A stretch of DNA of 64,000 nt from Armatimonadota bacterium. Its GTDB lineage: Bacteria; Armatimonadota; HRBIN16. The position numbers and the translations under genes are program-made. The notes beneath the pieces were generated by a model. It was not told the DNA's origin. It saw only the letters and a list, made by a program, of their open reading frames with translations, and made no database searches. Where the stretch lies: NCBI GenBank assembly GCA_026003195.1, contig BPGU01000003.1, positions 472,763-536,762 of the forward strand. Direction: 5' to 3'. This document shows positions 38,159 through 48,900 of the stretch, in pieces (position 1 is the stretch's first letter; each line of letters starts with the position of its first letter).

Positions 38159-39241
38159 CTATGTTTGCAGGATCTGTTGCATTGCTTCATTCCACAGCAT
38201 CTTGATAGTGGCAGAAGATTCGCTCATCAGATCAAGAAGCTCCTTAAGAAAAGCATCTCTTCCATGCACTCCAGCAGTTGCCAGGTTGTCGTAAATCCAG
38301 TCACTTAAACGTACGAAGCCAACTTCATGCCCCTGTGCAAAGAGCGAATAAGCCCTCCGAAAAGCGTCTTCTGTCGGAGGGTCGTTGGCAAAAGCAAAAA
38401 GGTAATCGGTAACACTGAGTGCAGAGAGTTTGCTGTGGAAGACTGTTTCCACTCGTGCACCGTCTATCATCCGTTCCGTCACCTCTATGGCGATTCGTAT
38501 GTGTTCACCTTCTCTGACTGTGATGTCTCCTGCTGCGCCGCTCGCGCTATCTGCGACATGAATTCCTTGCCACTCTATTTTCCAATTCAGCCGATATGTG
38601 TTGGAAACGGCTTTGAGCAGTGCTACGCACAGAAGTAGAGGTATCAGACCACCACTTCTTCGGGACAGTAGATTGTCGACCAGTTGACGAATCTGTTCCA
38701 AACTGAGTCGAGGTAAGCGAACCAAGGAGATCGCGGAACTTTCACGCAACCCTACGAAGCGATATAGCAGATATCGTAAAAGATTTAGAGCCGTCTGTTC
38801 ATCAGCTTGCATTAGTTCTTTCAGATATGCCAAGAACGCTTGGTAACCCTTCTTGTCCTTTAACCCTTTTGCGGTGTCGGTGGTGAAGCGGATGCTCCGC
38901 CGGAATACAGCGAGGTATGGTCCCTTGGAACAGGGTATACGCTTCGACACGAGGAATGGATTGACGACCTTCTCATCCAAACTTCGTCCCGAGAAGGCGT
39001 TCTCTCCTTGGTCAGTGTAGGGCTGTGTGAGGTCAATCTGAGCATCTACGACTCGTGCAATGGCACACCCGAGCAGGGCTTCTCGGTATGACTGCACCCC
39101 GGTTTCAAACAGAGTATCTGCGGCTTCCTGCGCTCTTGCCGAAACAGGAGGGGGGGCAGTGTTGAGATAATCTTGCTCTGCACGTTCAAACTGCTCGCGA
39201 AGTATCTGTTCAGCCTTCTTAAAATCTATACTTCTCCCCAT
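38159..39241 (-). CDS. putative type II restriction endonuclease (family unrecognised) partnered with the upstream Dam-like MTase
   Basis: 360-aa ORF starting 6 nt after the MTase stop, in a region of clearly lower GC (about 48-50%). Possible PD-(D/E)xK-like region GDITVREGEHIRIAIEVTER. No similarity that I recognise to DpnII or EcoRV. Confidence 0.5.
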   Translation of the reverse strand: MGRSIDFKKAEQILREQFERAEQDYLNTAPPPVSARAQEAADTLFETGVQSYREALLGCAIARVVDAQIDLTQPYTDQGENAFSGRSLDEKVVNPFLVSKRIPCSKGPYLAVFRRSIRFTTDTAKGLKDKKGYQAFLAYLKELMQADEQTALNLLRYLLYRFVGLRESSAISLVRLPRLSLEQIRQLVDNLLSRRSGGLIPLLLCVALLKAVSNTYRLNWKIEWQGIHVADSASGAAGDITVREGEHIRIAIEVTERMIDGARVETVFHSKLSALSVTDYLFAFANDPPTEDAFRRAYSLFAQGHEVGFVRLSDWIYDNLATAGVHGRDAFLKELLDLMSESSATIKMLWNEAMQQILQT

Positions 39242-39247
39242 GTGAAC

Positions 39248-40171
39248 TTATATCCCTTGCTCAGGTATACTATAGTTCACCCAGAGTGCCTCTTGGCGCG
39301 GTTGCTTTACAGAATGGCAAGTCTTCACTGGGGCAAGAATGCACTTCCAGTCACCGTATAGTTCATCCATCAGATCACAGCGATATCCAGAGATAGCAAC
39401 TTTGCCCTGACACGCATGCAGTACTTTCGCAAGTTCACGGTGCGAGGCTTCATCCATCTCAAACCCATAGGCTTTTCTGTCTTTTCGCGCTTCTGGAGGG
39501 TAGGGTGGGTCGCAGTAGAAGAGGGTATTCGGGGAGTCATACAGTTTGATGACCTCAATCGCCGGGCGATTTTCTATCTGCACCCGCAGCAGGCGTTCCG
39601 CAATCTCAGGGAGCATTTCGATGCCTCCTAGCCAGCGCGATACAACCCCTGACATGCCTCTACGTGAGGTATGGATGCAGTTCGCCCATCTGCCTAGAGT
39701 AGCAGTCTGCGCCAGCCCTGTGCGTGCTTGCCTGGCTCGCACATAGAACCGGCGAGCACGTTCGAGGTCGGAGATGGTCTGGTCAGGCGGTGAGATTGCC
39801 AACTCAAACTCCTCACGCGAAAAGGGGGTTAAAGCGATAGCTTTCACGAGCTCTTCTGTTTGCTCTCTCAGCACCCGAAAGAAATTAACCACCTCTCCAT
39901 CCAAATCGTTGTAGGTCTCTACGGGCGATGGGGCACGGTTCAACAGTACTGCTGCTGAGCCTCCGAAAGGTTCACAGTAATGGTATGTTCGCGGTAGCAG
40001 AGGCAGCAACCAGTCCAGATGGGAATATTTGCCTCCGTACCAGCCGAAGGCGATCAGCTTGCGCGCGCGAGTCCGCCCTTGGCGCGTTACCACAGGAGCA
40101 GGTTTACGCCCACTCTGTGGAGGCGCAGTCAAAAAATAGTCCATGTTCTCCATGATATCGAACAGATCCAT
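39248..40171 (-). CDS. Dam-like (alpha-class, D12 family) N6-adenine DNA methyltransferase
   Basis: EPFGGSAAVLL (motif I, FxGxG) and LFYCDPPYPPE (motif IV, DPPY), in the D12-class order. RBS GAGAGGTGGA. Confidence 0.85.
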   Translation of the reverse strand: MDLFDIMENMDYFLTAPPQSGRKPAPVVTRQGRTRARKLIAFGWYGGKYSHLDWLLPLLPRTYHYCEPFGGSAAVLLNRAPSPVETYNDLDGEVVNFFRVLREQTEELVKAIALTPFSREEFELAISPPDQTISDLERARRFYVRARQARTGLAQTATLGRWANCIHTSRRGMSGVVSRWLGGIEMLPEIAERLLRVQIENRPAIEVIKLYDSPNTLFYCDPPYPPEARKDRKAYGFEMDEASHRELAKVLHACQGKVAISGYRCDLMDELYGDWKCILAPVKTCHSVKQPRQEALWVNYSIPEQGI

Positions 40172-40238
40172 CTGTCCACCTCTCTTTTCGGAACTGTTTC
40201 GATTCTACTACTGATGTCTATGCCCTGTAAACTAACGC

Positions 40239-42332
40239 CTATACTCTCATGCACAGCCTCACCTGAGTCGGGTCGCCGCCCAACTCCTCGAAAAGCACGA
40301 GCACGTTCTGCTCGCGCAGCCAGTCGGCGGGCAGGTGATAATACCGCTGGGTGGGCAAGCCTTCGCCTTCTGGGTAGACCGCTTGCAGCAACCACTCCTC
40401 AGGCTTACCGGTGCCTGCAGCCAGCCAGTAGCGCCCGATGCACCGTCCGTTCAACCACGCCATGCCCTTGGTCATACCGCTCAGGTCCAGGGCGAGGGGA
40501 GCGTTGGTCTTCGGGCGTTCAAAGGTGGTCTTCCACCAGCAGAGGGGCTTGCCTCGTGCTACCTCGATACTGCTCTCCCATCGCACGTAGGCGCTGCCCT
40601 CGGCATACACCCGACAGTGTTCACCTCTCAGTCCCGCTTCGATACGCCAGGGCGCTTCCAGCGGCTCGCTACGCCATAGCAACCTGCCCCAAAAGCCTTT
40701 GCGCTCGTCTGCCATGTTGTGTTCGCCAAGCATCCAGTCGCCCTTCACTAGCCCCAGCGCACAGCAGAGTATCGCCAGCGTGTGCTCGCCTGCGCTCATC
40801 TCCAGTTCGAACCGCTGGGTAAAACTCTCCGGGTCGTCTAAGTTGCGGTTCTCGGGCAGGGGTGACTGTGTGGTGGCAACGAACTGCCCGTCGAGAAACA
40901 GATGCACCACATCCGCTACTCCCTGCAGCTCCAGCACGCCTTTGCCCTCTTGATGGGGCAACACCATGATTTTGGCAACATACCAGCAATAGTCGGTCTC
41001 GTCGTGGGTGAACTGCAGTTGCTCCACCGGCTTGTCGGAGAGCACTGGCGGGTGTAACGGGATCGGCTCGCCATTGGGGAGCGGCTCTACCCACCACTGG
41101 AAGGGGGCAAGCTTCGGGTCGCAGACCTCCATGCGTCGCTCCAGCACGTATTGGGGCTCCACCTGTGCGGTGTTCATGAGCGGTTGCCCATCGCCGATGA
41201 GGGTGACCGACTGCGGCGGCAGCTGGTAACGACGCCCCGCGCAGGAAACCTCTATGGTCTTTTGGGTATCGTCGTTGCACAGGAAGAGCAGTGAGCGTCC
41301 CTCGTGCTGATAGGTGTACATCAGGGCGCCCTCCGGCAGCGTTTCCGGTTGAGCGCGTTCGCTTTCGACCAGCACCGGGGCGTACTCCTGCAGGATGCGG
41401 TGCAGATGTGCCAGATGGTACATCTTGGTAGTGGGCAAGCCGAACTCGTCCAGCGGGGCGTCGTAGTCATAGCTGGTGGTTTGCAGGAAGGAGCCATCGC
41501 GGTCGAAGTTGGTACCGCCGTGCCACATGTAGTAGTTCATCCCCGTTCCGCCCGCCGCGAAGAAACGTGCCGCCGCATACGCAACGTTTTCAGGGGTGCG
41601 GCGGTTGTGCGGATAGCCCCACAGGTCGTACCAGCCGGGCCAGTGCTCTGTCCACAGCGCGGGTTTGTCGGGGTGACAGGTGAAGTGTTCGTCCAGCAGA
41701 GGATGGGCATAGAAGGCGTTAATGGTCTCGATAGTGCCCGGCGCGCTGCCTTTGCACATCACCCAGGGCACCCCTACCTGCAAGGATTCCGCCATCTCGG
41801 CGATGCGCTTCAGATAGTGTTCACCCGCCTCACCATAGCGCCACGCGATATTGCCGTACTCGTTCTCAATCTGCGCCAGGATGATGGGACCACCGTTCGG
41901 GGCGAAGTAGGGGCGCACATAGTCGCAGAGCAGGCGCACCCATCTCTCCATCTCCCGCAGGAACGGTTCGTTATCGGTGCGCATCTGGATGCCGGGCACA
42001 TCGCGCAGCCAGGCGGGCAAGCCGCCGTAGTTGGTTTCGGCGCAGATGTAGGGACCGATGCGCAGGATAACGTACAGCCCCAGCTCGTGCGCGATGTCCA
42101 GAAAGCGGCGGATATCCAGCCTGTCGGAAAAGTCGTAAACGCCGCGACGACGTTCGTGCAGGTTCCAGAAGACGTAGGTTTCGATAGCGTTCAGTCCCGC
42201 CTCTTTGCTGTGTTCCATCAGCGAACGCCACATACCCGGCGTGCTGCGCGGATAGTGTATGGCTCCGCTAAGGAGCAGGGTGCGTTTACCGTCGATGGTG
42301 ATAGCACGACGATCATAACTCACGTTCGGCAT
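40239..42332 (-). CDS. GH35 beta-galactosidase
   Basis: ...GGPIILAQIENEYG (acid/base) and the N-terminal TIM-barrel pattern LNAIETYVFWNLHE...GLYVILRIGPYICAE. No signal peptide. Confidence 0.85.
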   Translation of the reverse strand: MPNVSYDRRAITIDGKRTLLLSGAIHYPRSTPGMWRSLMEHSKEAGLNAIETYVFWNLHERRRGVYDFSDRLDIRRFLDIAHELGLYVILRIGPYICAETNYGGLPAWLRDVPGIQMRTDNEPFLREMERWVRLLCDYVRPYFAPNGGPIILAQIENEYGNIAWRYGEAGEHYLKRIAEMAESLQVGVPWVMCKGSAPGTIETINAFYAHPLLDEHFTCHPDKPALWTEHWPGWYDLWGYPHNRRTPENVAYAAARFFAAGGTGMNYYMWHGGTNFDRDGSFLQTTSYDYDAPLDEFGLPTTKMYHLAHLHRILQEYAPVLVESERAQPETLPEGALMYTYQHEGRSLLFLCNDDTQKTIEVSCAGRRYQLPPQSVTLIGDGQPLMNTAQVEPQYVLERRMEVCDPKLAPFQWWVEPLPNGEPIPLHPPVLSDKPVEQLQFTHDETDYCWYVAKIMVLPHQEGKGVLELQGVADVVHLFLDGQFVATTQSPLPENRNLDDPESFTQRFELEMSAGEHTLAILCCALGLVKGDWMLGEHNMADERKGFWGRLLWRSEPLEAPWRIEAGLRGEHCRVYAEGSAYVRWESSIEVARGKPLCWWKTTFERPKTNAPLALDLSGMTKGMAWLNGRCIGRYWLAAGTGKPEEWLLQAVYPEGEGLPTQRYYHLPADWLREQNVLVLFEELGGDPTQVRLCMRV

Positions 42333-42641
42333 GGTATTACCTCTGTTTGTAAGGGCTCTTTGCTCTGTCTCTATGCGTGTTCGTTATTCATTCTTGTCGA
42401 TACTATACTTAGACGCACTACCTACGTGTCACCTGCAAGAAGCGACGTAGCCGTCGCGTAAGAGAGTATGCTAAAGCAATCTCTGAGGTGTTACATGACT
42501 CTGTCTTGCAAAAAAGAGAGGAAATGGCTGTTAGCCGGTCGATATAGGACATTTTTTGTTTCTTTACGAGAAAGGGAACGACACATTGTAAACAGAAGAT
42601 TAAGAAGAGATAGTCGGCTTCGGGTATTAGGGTGGAGAGAT

Positions 42642-45600
42642 ATGGAAAAGCCAGTTGAAGATGTCAGAGTTCGCAGCCTAGATGTAACGCAGATGCAGTG
42701 GGGCTTCGGATTCGTGGTGGGAGACAGGAATGCTTTTTTCCACATAAAGGTCCTGCGAAAGAGTTTTCCCGAGATCGCAAACGCGATCGACCCGCGAACG
42801 AGGAAGGGCGTTCCGCCGGCGTTTGTGCCTGGCTTGATAGCACGTGTTACACAGACTTCTAGGGGAAGCGAAGTCGTAGAATTTCTCCTTATAAATGAGT
42901 CGGAAACCTGCCTTGTTGGATACGAGATTACGCAAGAAGGTTATCGGCTCTGCAATCTTCCCGCATTGCATCCTTCATCTAGCTACAGAGTAGACTACTC
43001 ATCGTGGCAGCCTAAAGGTAACTATACAACAGGCTTAGTGGTTTGTGAGGTCAGGCCTGTAACCCTTGTAATGGAATATGTTCGCCGTAGCCCTGATCCC
43101 GCATGGGGAATCTTCCCTATTGCCGAGTACAGTCGTCAGGATATTTCGACGTTTGCTAACCATGTGGAGTGGCAGTCTCCCCAAAACACCGAATTCCTGC
43201 TGAAGATTTTTAGTGAAAGAGTACTACGTGCTCCTGTGGTCGCTCTGGATATAGAGTCAGACGGCGAGCGTATTCACCAAATAGGTATTGCGGGAGCAAA
43301 TGGAGCGACACTCCTTTTCGGAAACGGTAACAAAGGTTTAGACGCTGCTCTACAAGAGCTTCAACAGATCATTAGAGGCAAACTGGTCGTTGGGCACAAT
43401 ATCGTTGATTGGGATATTCCTATACTGAAGCGTCACGGAGTATCTTTCGATGACTCGGAGACCTGGGACACCCTACACATGAGTTTGTGGTCGGCACCTT
43501 TGCAATGGACGCATGCTTTGGGAGGGACACATCAAGCAGACCAGGACGCGCAACAAGCTCTGCGACTTTTCGAAAAGCAGCTATTGGGATGGATAAGCGG
43601 CGCGTATACTATACCCTCTAATCTTCTTCCGTCAACCGTTCGAGAATTGGATGCCGAGATCGCTGTCTTGAAACCCGTATTTTCCTTATGTCCAGTTTCG
43701 CAGAACGAAATAAGAGATGTCAGTGCAGACGACAATTATGCTCGCCAGATTGCAGATCAAATAAGGAGTGTCGTAAAGGATCTCGCGTCTACCACAATAG
43801 TAGTGGTCCCTGAACCCTGCCTGCTAGCTGCACGGTTTCTCGAGGGATCGGCAGTGATAATACCTGAGTCATCGTTTGGCTGGGATGCAAGCGGGGATGC
43901 AGGTATCGCCTTGTGCCCCGAACTAGTACCCTACGAGGCTAACAACGAGAAGTTCTTCTCCATAGCAACCAGGTATATCGAGGCAGCGAGGGCAAGCAAG
44001 ACATCTCCAGACCGCTTCCTGATCCCACCGTATCTAAAGCAGGTTCTTTCTGGAAGCCCAGAGTCGTGGGAAAGAACGAAGAAACGATGTATAAGCTGTA
44101 GCAGTCAGCAATGTGCTTTTTATCCTTCGCGCTTACAGTTTACTACTTACTCCGCCCTTCCTGAACCCTCCTTTTGGGAGTATGTGGAGTCAAAGGATAT
44201 CAAACACATAGTCATTTATTACTATCCTTTAATCCCACCTTACGTGACTATGCGTGTGAAGTCAGAACAACTCGACAAGCTATACCTGCATAGAAGGGGA
44301 TTGCTGATAGCAGCGCGGGAACGGACGGTATCAGTAGACAGAGATATGCTCAGCGTGTTGGGTTTCAGGGAAGATCAACAACAGATACTTCAGAATGCGT
44401 GTTTCCTCCATTACACCGCTTACGATGGCTACTATCTGGTTGCCGACGTCAGGCAACTACGGCTACCGGAAATTCAGAACCTTTCCATTGTCAAACACAT
44501 CTTTCACATCTTTAAGACGGAAGAAGCAATTGGAGAAAAGATTACCATTGCACAACCGAAATACCCGTCTCCAATGAGTGAAGAAGCACCATCTCCGGTC
44601 GTCGCTATAACCACTCGATACCGCGCCGATTTTTGGAGTACTCAAACATTGTTGGTCAAAGAACTGCATCGAAGTTTGAAGGCTCCATTGGTGGTTTTCG
44701 TCCCCCGCGCAGAGGTCACGGAAGTTGAAAACCTGTTTGACGTCGCAGGCATTCCTTTGCTGCCTAGGTACCTTAGCCTACAGAGGCAGACGGAGCTGCT
44801 AACTGTTGGAAAGGTGCTATTACACACCTACCGGAACGCCTATAACCTCTGTTCACAGGCGGTACAGCTACTCACCTCTTATACGCTACCAAAGGGGATA
44901 GTTTTTGTTCTTCCTGAAGTACCTCTTTTCCCTATTGCCGAGCAGAGCTCGTTCACTAACGGGGAGTTCAAGAGTGTGGCGGGAGTAACAACGGAAGCTA
45001 GTATCGAAAATAGCATTCCCGGCGACGAAGAGGAAGAAGAGCAAGATGAAATCCCTGCAGTGCCGCGAAGCCTGCTCGGCGAACACTTTCTCAAAGAGGC
45101 TGCTGCCTTTCTCGTGACGTTGAGCAAGCTAGCGAGTTGCTCCCGTGAGGCAAAGATCGTGGTGACAGATATAGCGGTATCAGCTATAGGATACAGAAGG
45201 CTGCCAGATTTTAGATCTCAAAGATTACCAGTCTACGATGACCAAGAGCGATGTCGAGAGGTGTACGAGAAGGCAGTAGTGTTGTTTGCACAATCTCCTT
45301 TGAAGCCTGCGTTTCCTGAAGATGCCGAGACGCGCTTACAAAGATGGCGAGACCTTCTTCTACCTCCAACAGCGGACTATACTTCAGAACAACGACGTTA
45401 TCTCCTGCGCGTGATGGCGCAAGAAGATGGCGTAGCAGTTCGCATTCCAACTGGTGGGGGGAAATCCGTTATATTCCAGATACCCGCTCTGGACGAAGGG
45501 ATTAGAAGTGGGTTTTTAAGCGTTGTCATCTCGCCCCTTAGAGCTCTCATAGACGATCAGGTGCGTCACCTATGGGAGAAGGGTTTTGCTAGCTGCGTTG

Positions 45601-45965
45601 ACGGGATTACCAGTGACTTAACACAATTTGAGATTGAAAGCATCTTTCGACGCGTAGCTGGTGGAGAGATACTGCTCCTGTACGTCACCCCAGAACGTGT
45701 GTATACGAGACGTTTTCAGAAGTATATAAGCAGGCGCATCGAGCTCGATGGACGTATTGCTTACTGGATTCTAGATGAAGCCCATTGCGTTTCTCAGTGG
45801 GGGCTGGACTTCCGTCCTGCCTACCTGCGCGCTGCCCGCTGGATACAACAACGTCGCCAGGTGAACTTGACCAAACAAGAAGGGGCTACCCCGGTTGTTT
45901 TTCTGTCCGCAACACTAACGGCAAAGACTATCAGTGATCTTAAACGAATATTTGAAACCTTCTAG
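42642..45965 (+). CDS. multidomain protein: cold-shock-like OB fold, DEDDh 3-prime-5-prime exonuclease, about 500 aa unknown, and RecQ-type helicase lobe 1 (motifs I-III); WRN-like architecture
   Basis: CSD-like QWGFGFVVGDRNAFFHI. Exo motifs: I ALDIESDG, II VGHNIVDWDIPIL, III H-QADQDAQQAL. RecQ lobe 1: PTGGGKSVIFQIPAL...VISPLRALIDDQV...LLYVTPER...ILDEAHCVSQWGLDFRPAY...FLSATLT. The ORF stops directly after motif III. ATG 42642 preferred over upstream starts. Low-GC region. Confidence 0.8.
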   Translation: MEKPVEDVRVRSLDVTQMQWGFGFVVGDRNAFFHIKVLRKSFPEIANAIDPRTRKGVPPAFVPGLIARVTQTSRGSEVVEFLLINESETCLVGYEITQEGYRLCNLPALHPSSSYRVDYSSWQPKGNYTTGLVVCEVRPVTLVMEYVRRSPDPAWGIFPIAEYSRQDISTFANHVEWQSPQNTEFLLKIFSERVLRAPVVALDIESDGERIHQIGIAGANGATLLFGNGNKGLDAALQELQQIIRGKLVVGHNIVDWDIPILKRHGVSFDDSETWDTLHMSLWSAPLQWTHALGGTHQADQDAQQALRLFEKQLLGWISGAYTIPSNLLPSTVRELDAEIAVLKPVFSLCPVSQNEIRDVSADDNYARQIADQIRSVVKDLASTTIVVVPEPCLLAARFLEGSAVIIPESSFGWDASGDAGIALCPELVPYEANNEKFFSIATRYIEAARASKTSPDRFLIPPYLKQVLSGSPESWERTKKRCISCSSQQCAFYPSRLQFTTYSALPEPSFWEYVESKDIKHIVIYYYPLIPPYVTMRVKSEQLDKLYLHRRGLLIAARERTVSVDRDMLSVLGFREDQQQILQNACFLHYTAYDGYYLVADVRQLRLPEIQNLSIVKHIFHIFKTEEAIGEKITIAQPKYPSPMSEEAPSPVVAITTRYRADFWSTQTLLVKELHRSLKAPLVVFVPRAEVTEVENLFDVAGIPLLPRYLSLQRQTELLTVGKVLLHTYRNAYNLCSQAVQLLTSYTLPKGIVFVLPEVPLFPIAEQSSFTNGEFKSVAGVTTEASIENSIPGDEEEEEQDEIPAVPRSLLGEHFLKEAAAFLVTLSKLASCSREAKIVVTDIAVSAIGYRRLPDFRSQRLPVYDDQERCREVYEKAVVLFAQSPLKPAFPEDAETRLQRWRDLLLPPTADYTSEQRRYLLRVMAQEDGVAVRIPTGGGKSVIFQIPALDEGIRSGFLSVVISPLRALIDDQVRHLWEKGFASCVDGITSDLTQFEIESIFRRVAGGEILLLYVTPERVYTRRFQKYISRRIELDGRIAYWILDEAHCVSQWGLDFRPAYLRAARWIQQRRQVNLTKQEGATPVVFLSATLTAKTISDLKRIFETF

Positions 45966-45990
45966 CCAGAGACGGAGTGTGGAGGATAAG

Positions 45991-48900
45991 ATGTTTAACG
46001 AGACGACACCTTCTGCAGAAGTGATTCAAGATTATCTCTCTTTGCGTTTCGAGCAGGTACCTCGTGCAGAACGCACAGAGTGGGTAGCAGATTATCTAGT
46101 TGATGCTATCTTTAATAGCGAGTTTAACCCGCAGCTCAGCAGGGCAATCGTTTTTGTCACCGCTCGGAATCGAGCAGAAGAAGTAGCCCAAGGGCTCCAA
46201 CAACTCTTTGAAAAGCGTAACCTGAGGCTTGCAGTAGAGGCTTTCCACGCGGAACTATCAGGAGAAGTGCGCAAGGAGCGCTATGAACAGTTTCGCGAGG
46301 GTAGCCTGTGTGTCCTTGTTGCTACGAAGGCTTTCGGATTGGGAATGGATATCCCCAACATCCACTTGGTTGTCCATTATGATCCGCCGACCAGCCTCGA
46401 GGACTACATTCAGGAGATAGGTAGAGCTGGACGAGACCCCAAAGCACGCCTCCAGGCGGGTTTCGACGGTTCGCGTCGTGTACCCTGTATACTGCTGTGG
46501 GACGCAGACGACTTAGGACGCTCTCGTGACCGCCTGCGTCGTCAGCTAGTCTCTTGGCACGACGTTACGCGAGTTTTCGAAGCTATCAAGGAATATGCGA
46601 AAGAGGTCGGGCATATATTCGCGACGGCGGGGCAGCAAAGTGACAAGCCTCTGTATGTACCTACTAACCTACTCGCCGCCGAAAGGAACGGCGCGCTGAA
46701 ACTAGACATGGGAATGTACTGGCTGGAAAGAGCGGAAAGGATTAAAGTCTGCTACATGGTTCCAGGGCTATTCTACATCAAGAGGCTAGTAGATAAACCC
46801 AAAGATGTAGACAAAAGAATACTTGCTCTGATGGATCTTATCGCCAGAAGGGAAAGAGGCGACGAGGCTGTGCCGTTGCTGATATACGAACTTCTGTGTG
46901 AGCTGGAGATCGAGGATATCCCTGACCTGGTTGACTTTCTCTCGCAGGTAGAAAAGAAGGGATACATCGAGGTTGTTGACAAGATTCATGTTAGGACTAC
47001 AGGAAAATGGCTTAGCGAGGTCGAGGGTGCACTCCAAGGCAAGTTAGATATACCGCGCCTTCGCACGGCGATGAACATCTTGCAAGGAATCGTGCAAGAA
47101 GCGGCTGCCTGCCAGGATGGCTTGCTTAGGCTAAGTCGAGACGAGCTCGAGAGTCTTAAGAAGGAACTCGCCATCAAGTCCTTAGGAGAGAACAACAAAG
47201 GATGGGCGGAAGATGTAGCAAAACGTGCTTGCATCCTGCGTATGCTCACACTGGCACCAGGTGTCAGCGTAAGGACCTCTGTGGAAGAGGGGAAACTTTA
47301 CTACAGTATAGTGGTTCTAGGAAAAAAGGGTGGCGCCGAGTCATCTCAGTTTACGCAATGGCTATACGAGACATCAGCAAGTTTTCTTCGAGAAGTGTAT
47401 GTTGCCAACAGTGGAACGTACTCTCTTACGAAGATCCTCGCTTCGTTGGGTCTCATCAACCAAGGAAAGCTTTGGGGGTATAACTCCTTAGAACTGCTGG
47501 CACTTGTCATCCAGTGGCTGAGAGGACTAGGTTACGTTCACGCGGACTCCAACCTTATACCTTTCGCTACGGAGATCCTGCTGAAAGACACTCGTGACCT
47601 GGATCCATCCGATTTGCGCAGCCTTGACTATCAGGTGCAGCAAAAGTTGATAGAAAGTAACCGCTTTAGGGAGTTGAGTATGTTCGTGCTGTTCACAATA
47701 GCCAAGATTGGTGAGGAGCAAACTGTAAGGGATCTGGTGAGAAGCTATTTTGAAGTAGAGGACTCGGCGACGCTTATGGATCTTCTGTTGACGAGACTAC
47801 CCGACACAAGCGACCTTGTTAGAGCACTCCGTGCGGACGCCCTGCGCGAGGAGATGGAAAGGCTTAATGAGGAGCAGAGGCAGGTCGTCACTGCTCCGGT
47901 AAACTGTTCTCTCATTGTGTATGCGGGACCAGGCTCTGGAAAGACCCATACCCTTCTACTACGCCTCGCATATCTTGTGCATGAAGAACAGATTACTCCT
48001 TCACAAATACTGGTGCTTGCCTACAATAACGCTGTGGTAACAGAGATTCGTCATCGGCTGCGTGAATTGTTTAGGAGGTTAGGATATGCCTCATATATCA
48101 ACGGCTTGTCTGTGTATACTTTCCACGGTTTTGTGCGCGCTCTGGTAGGGAGGCAGATGAATTCGCTAAGTGAACGAGAACGGGAGGAACTCTTAGATAA
48201 TTGTTGCTATCTACAGGTTACTCAATCTGCTGACTACAACAAACTCATTCGGCGAAGAAGGGGAACTGTTAATCCCGATGGTACAAGAAGGCTACCTGTG
48301 TCTATGTATATCGCGTACTTTAACTACCTGTGCGAGCAGGGACGTGCACCGTTGGAGTTGTCAAACTATCGCTACATTTTGGTAGACGAGTTTCAAGACA
48401 TCACCGAAGAGCGTTATCGGATGCTGAGACATATCTCCAACGCTAGTAACAAGTATCTGACTGTCATTGGCGATGACGACCAGAGTATCTACGGGTATGA
48501 GAGGGAGCGAGAGATAGATGCAGGGCTGCTTGATTCACAAAAAGGCCGGGCTAAGGTCGTTGGAGCTAGTTGGTGGTTCGCACGCTTCAAAAAGGAATAT
48601 CAAGCAAACCACATCGTCCTGAAATCGAACTACCGAAGCCTTCCCCTAATACTGGTAACTGCTCTGGACTGGATCAGCCGAAACAGTTCACACGTTAAAC
48701 AGTACAAACAAGATATGCGTGCAGAGCGTACAGTATCGGAGCAATGGGACATTCGCGACAGGTACTGTGAGATTATTGAAGACACCCAGGTGGACTGGAA
48801 GGATATCGTTCGTTCTCTGTTATCTGAGAAAAACACTCAGGGAACGAAATATAGAGAGATCGCTTTGCTGTTCCGATACCATGCACAGGCTTACAGAGCC

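Noticed and set aside
40172-40238. Possible promoter for the R-M operon (TTTACA ... TAGTAG on the minus strand)
   Set aside because: Hexamers and spacing are too poor to call. Left unannotated.
45934-45990. ORF-track start of the second helicase gene at 45934
   Set aside because: It is a GTG inside the overlap with the upstream gene. A canonical GGAGG-N5-ATG lies at 45991, and RecQ homology resumes only after that point.
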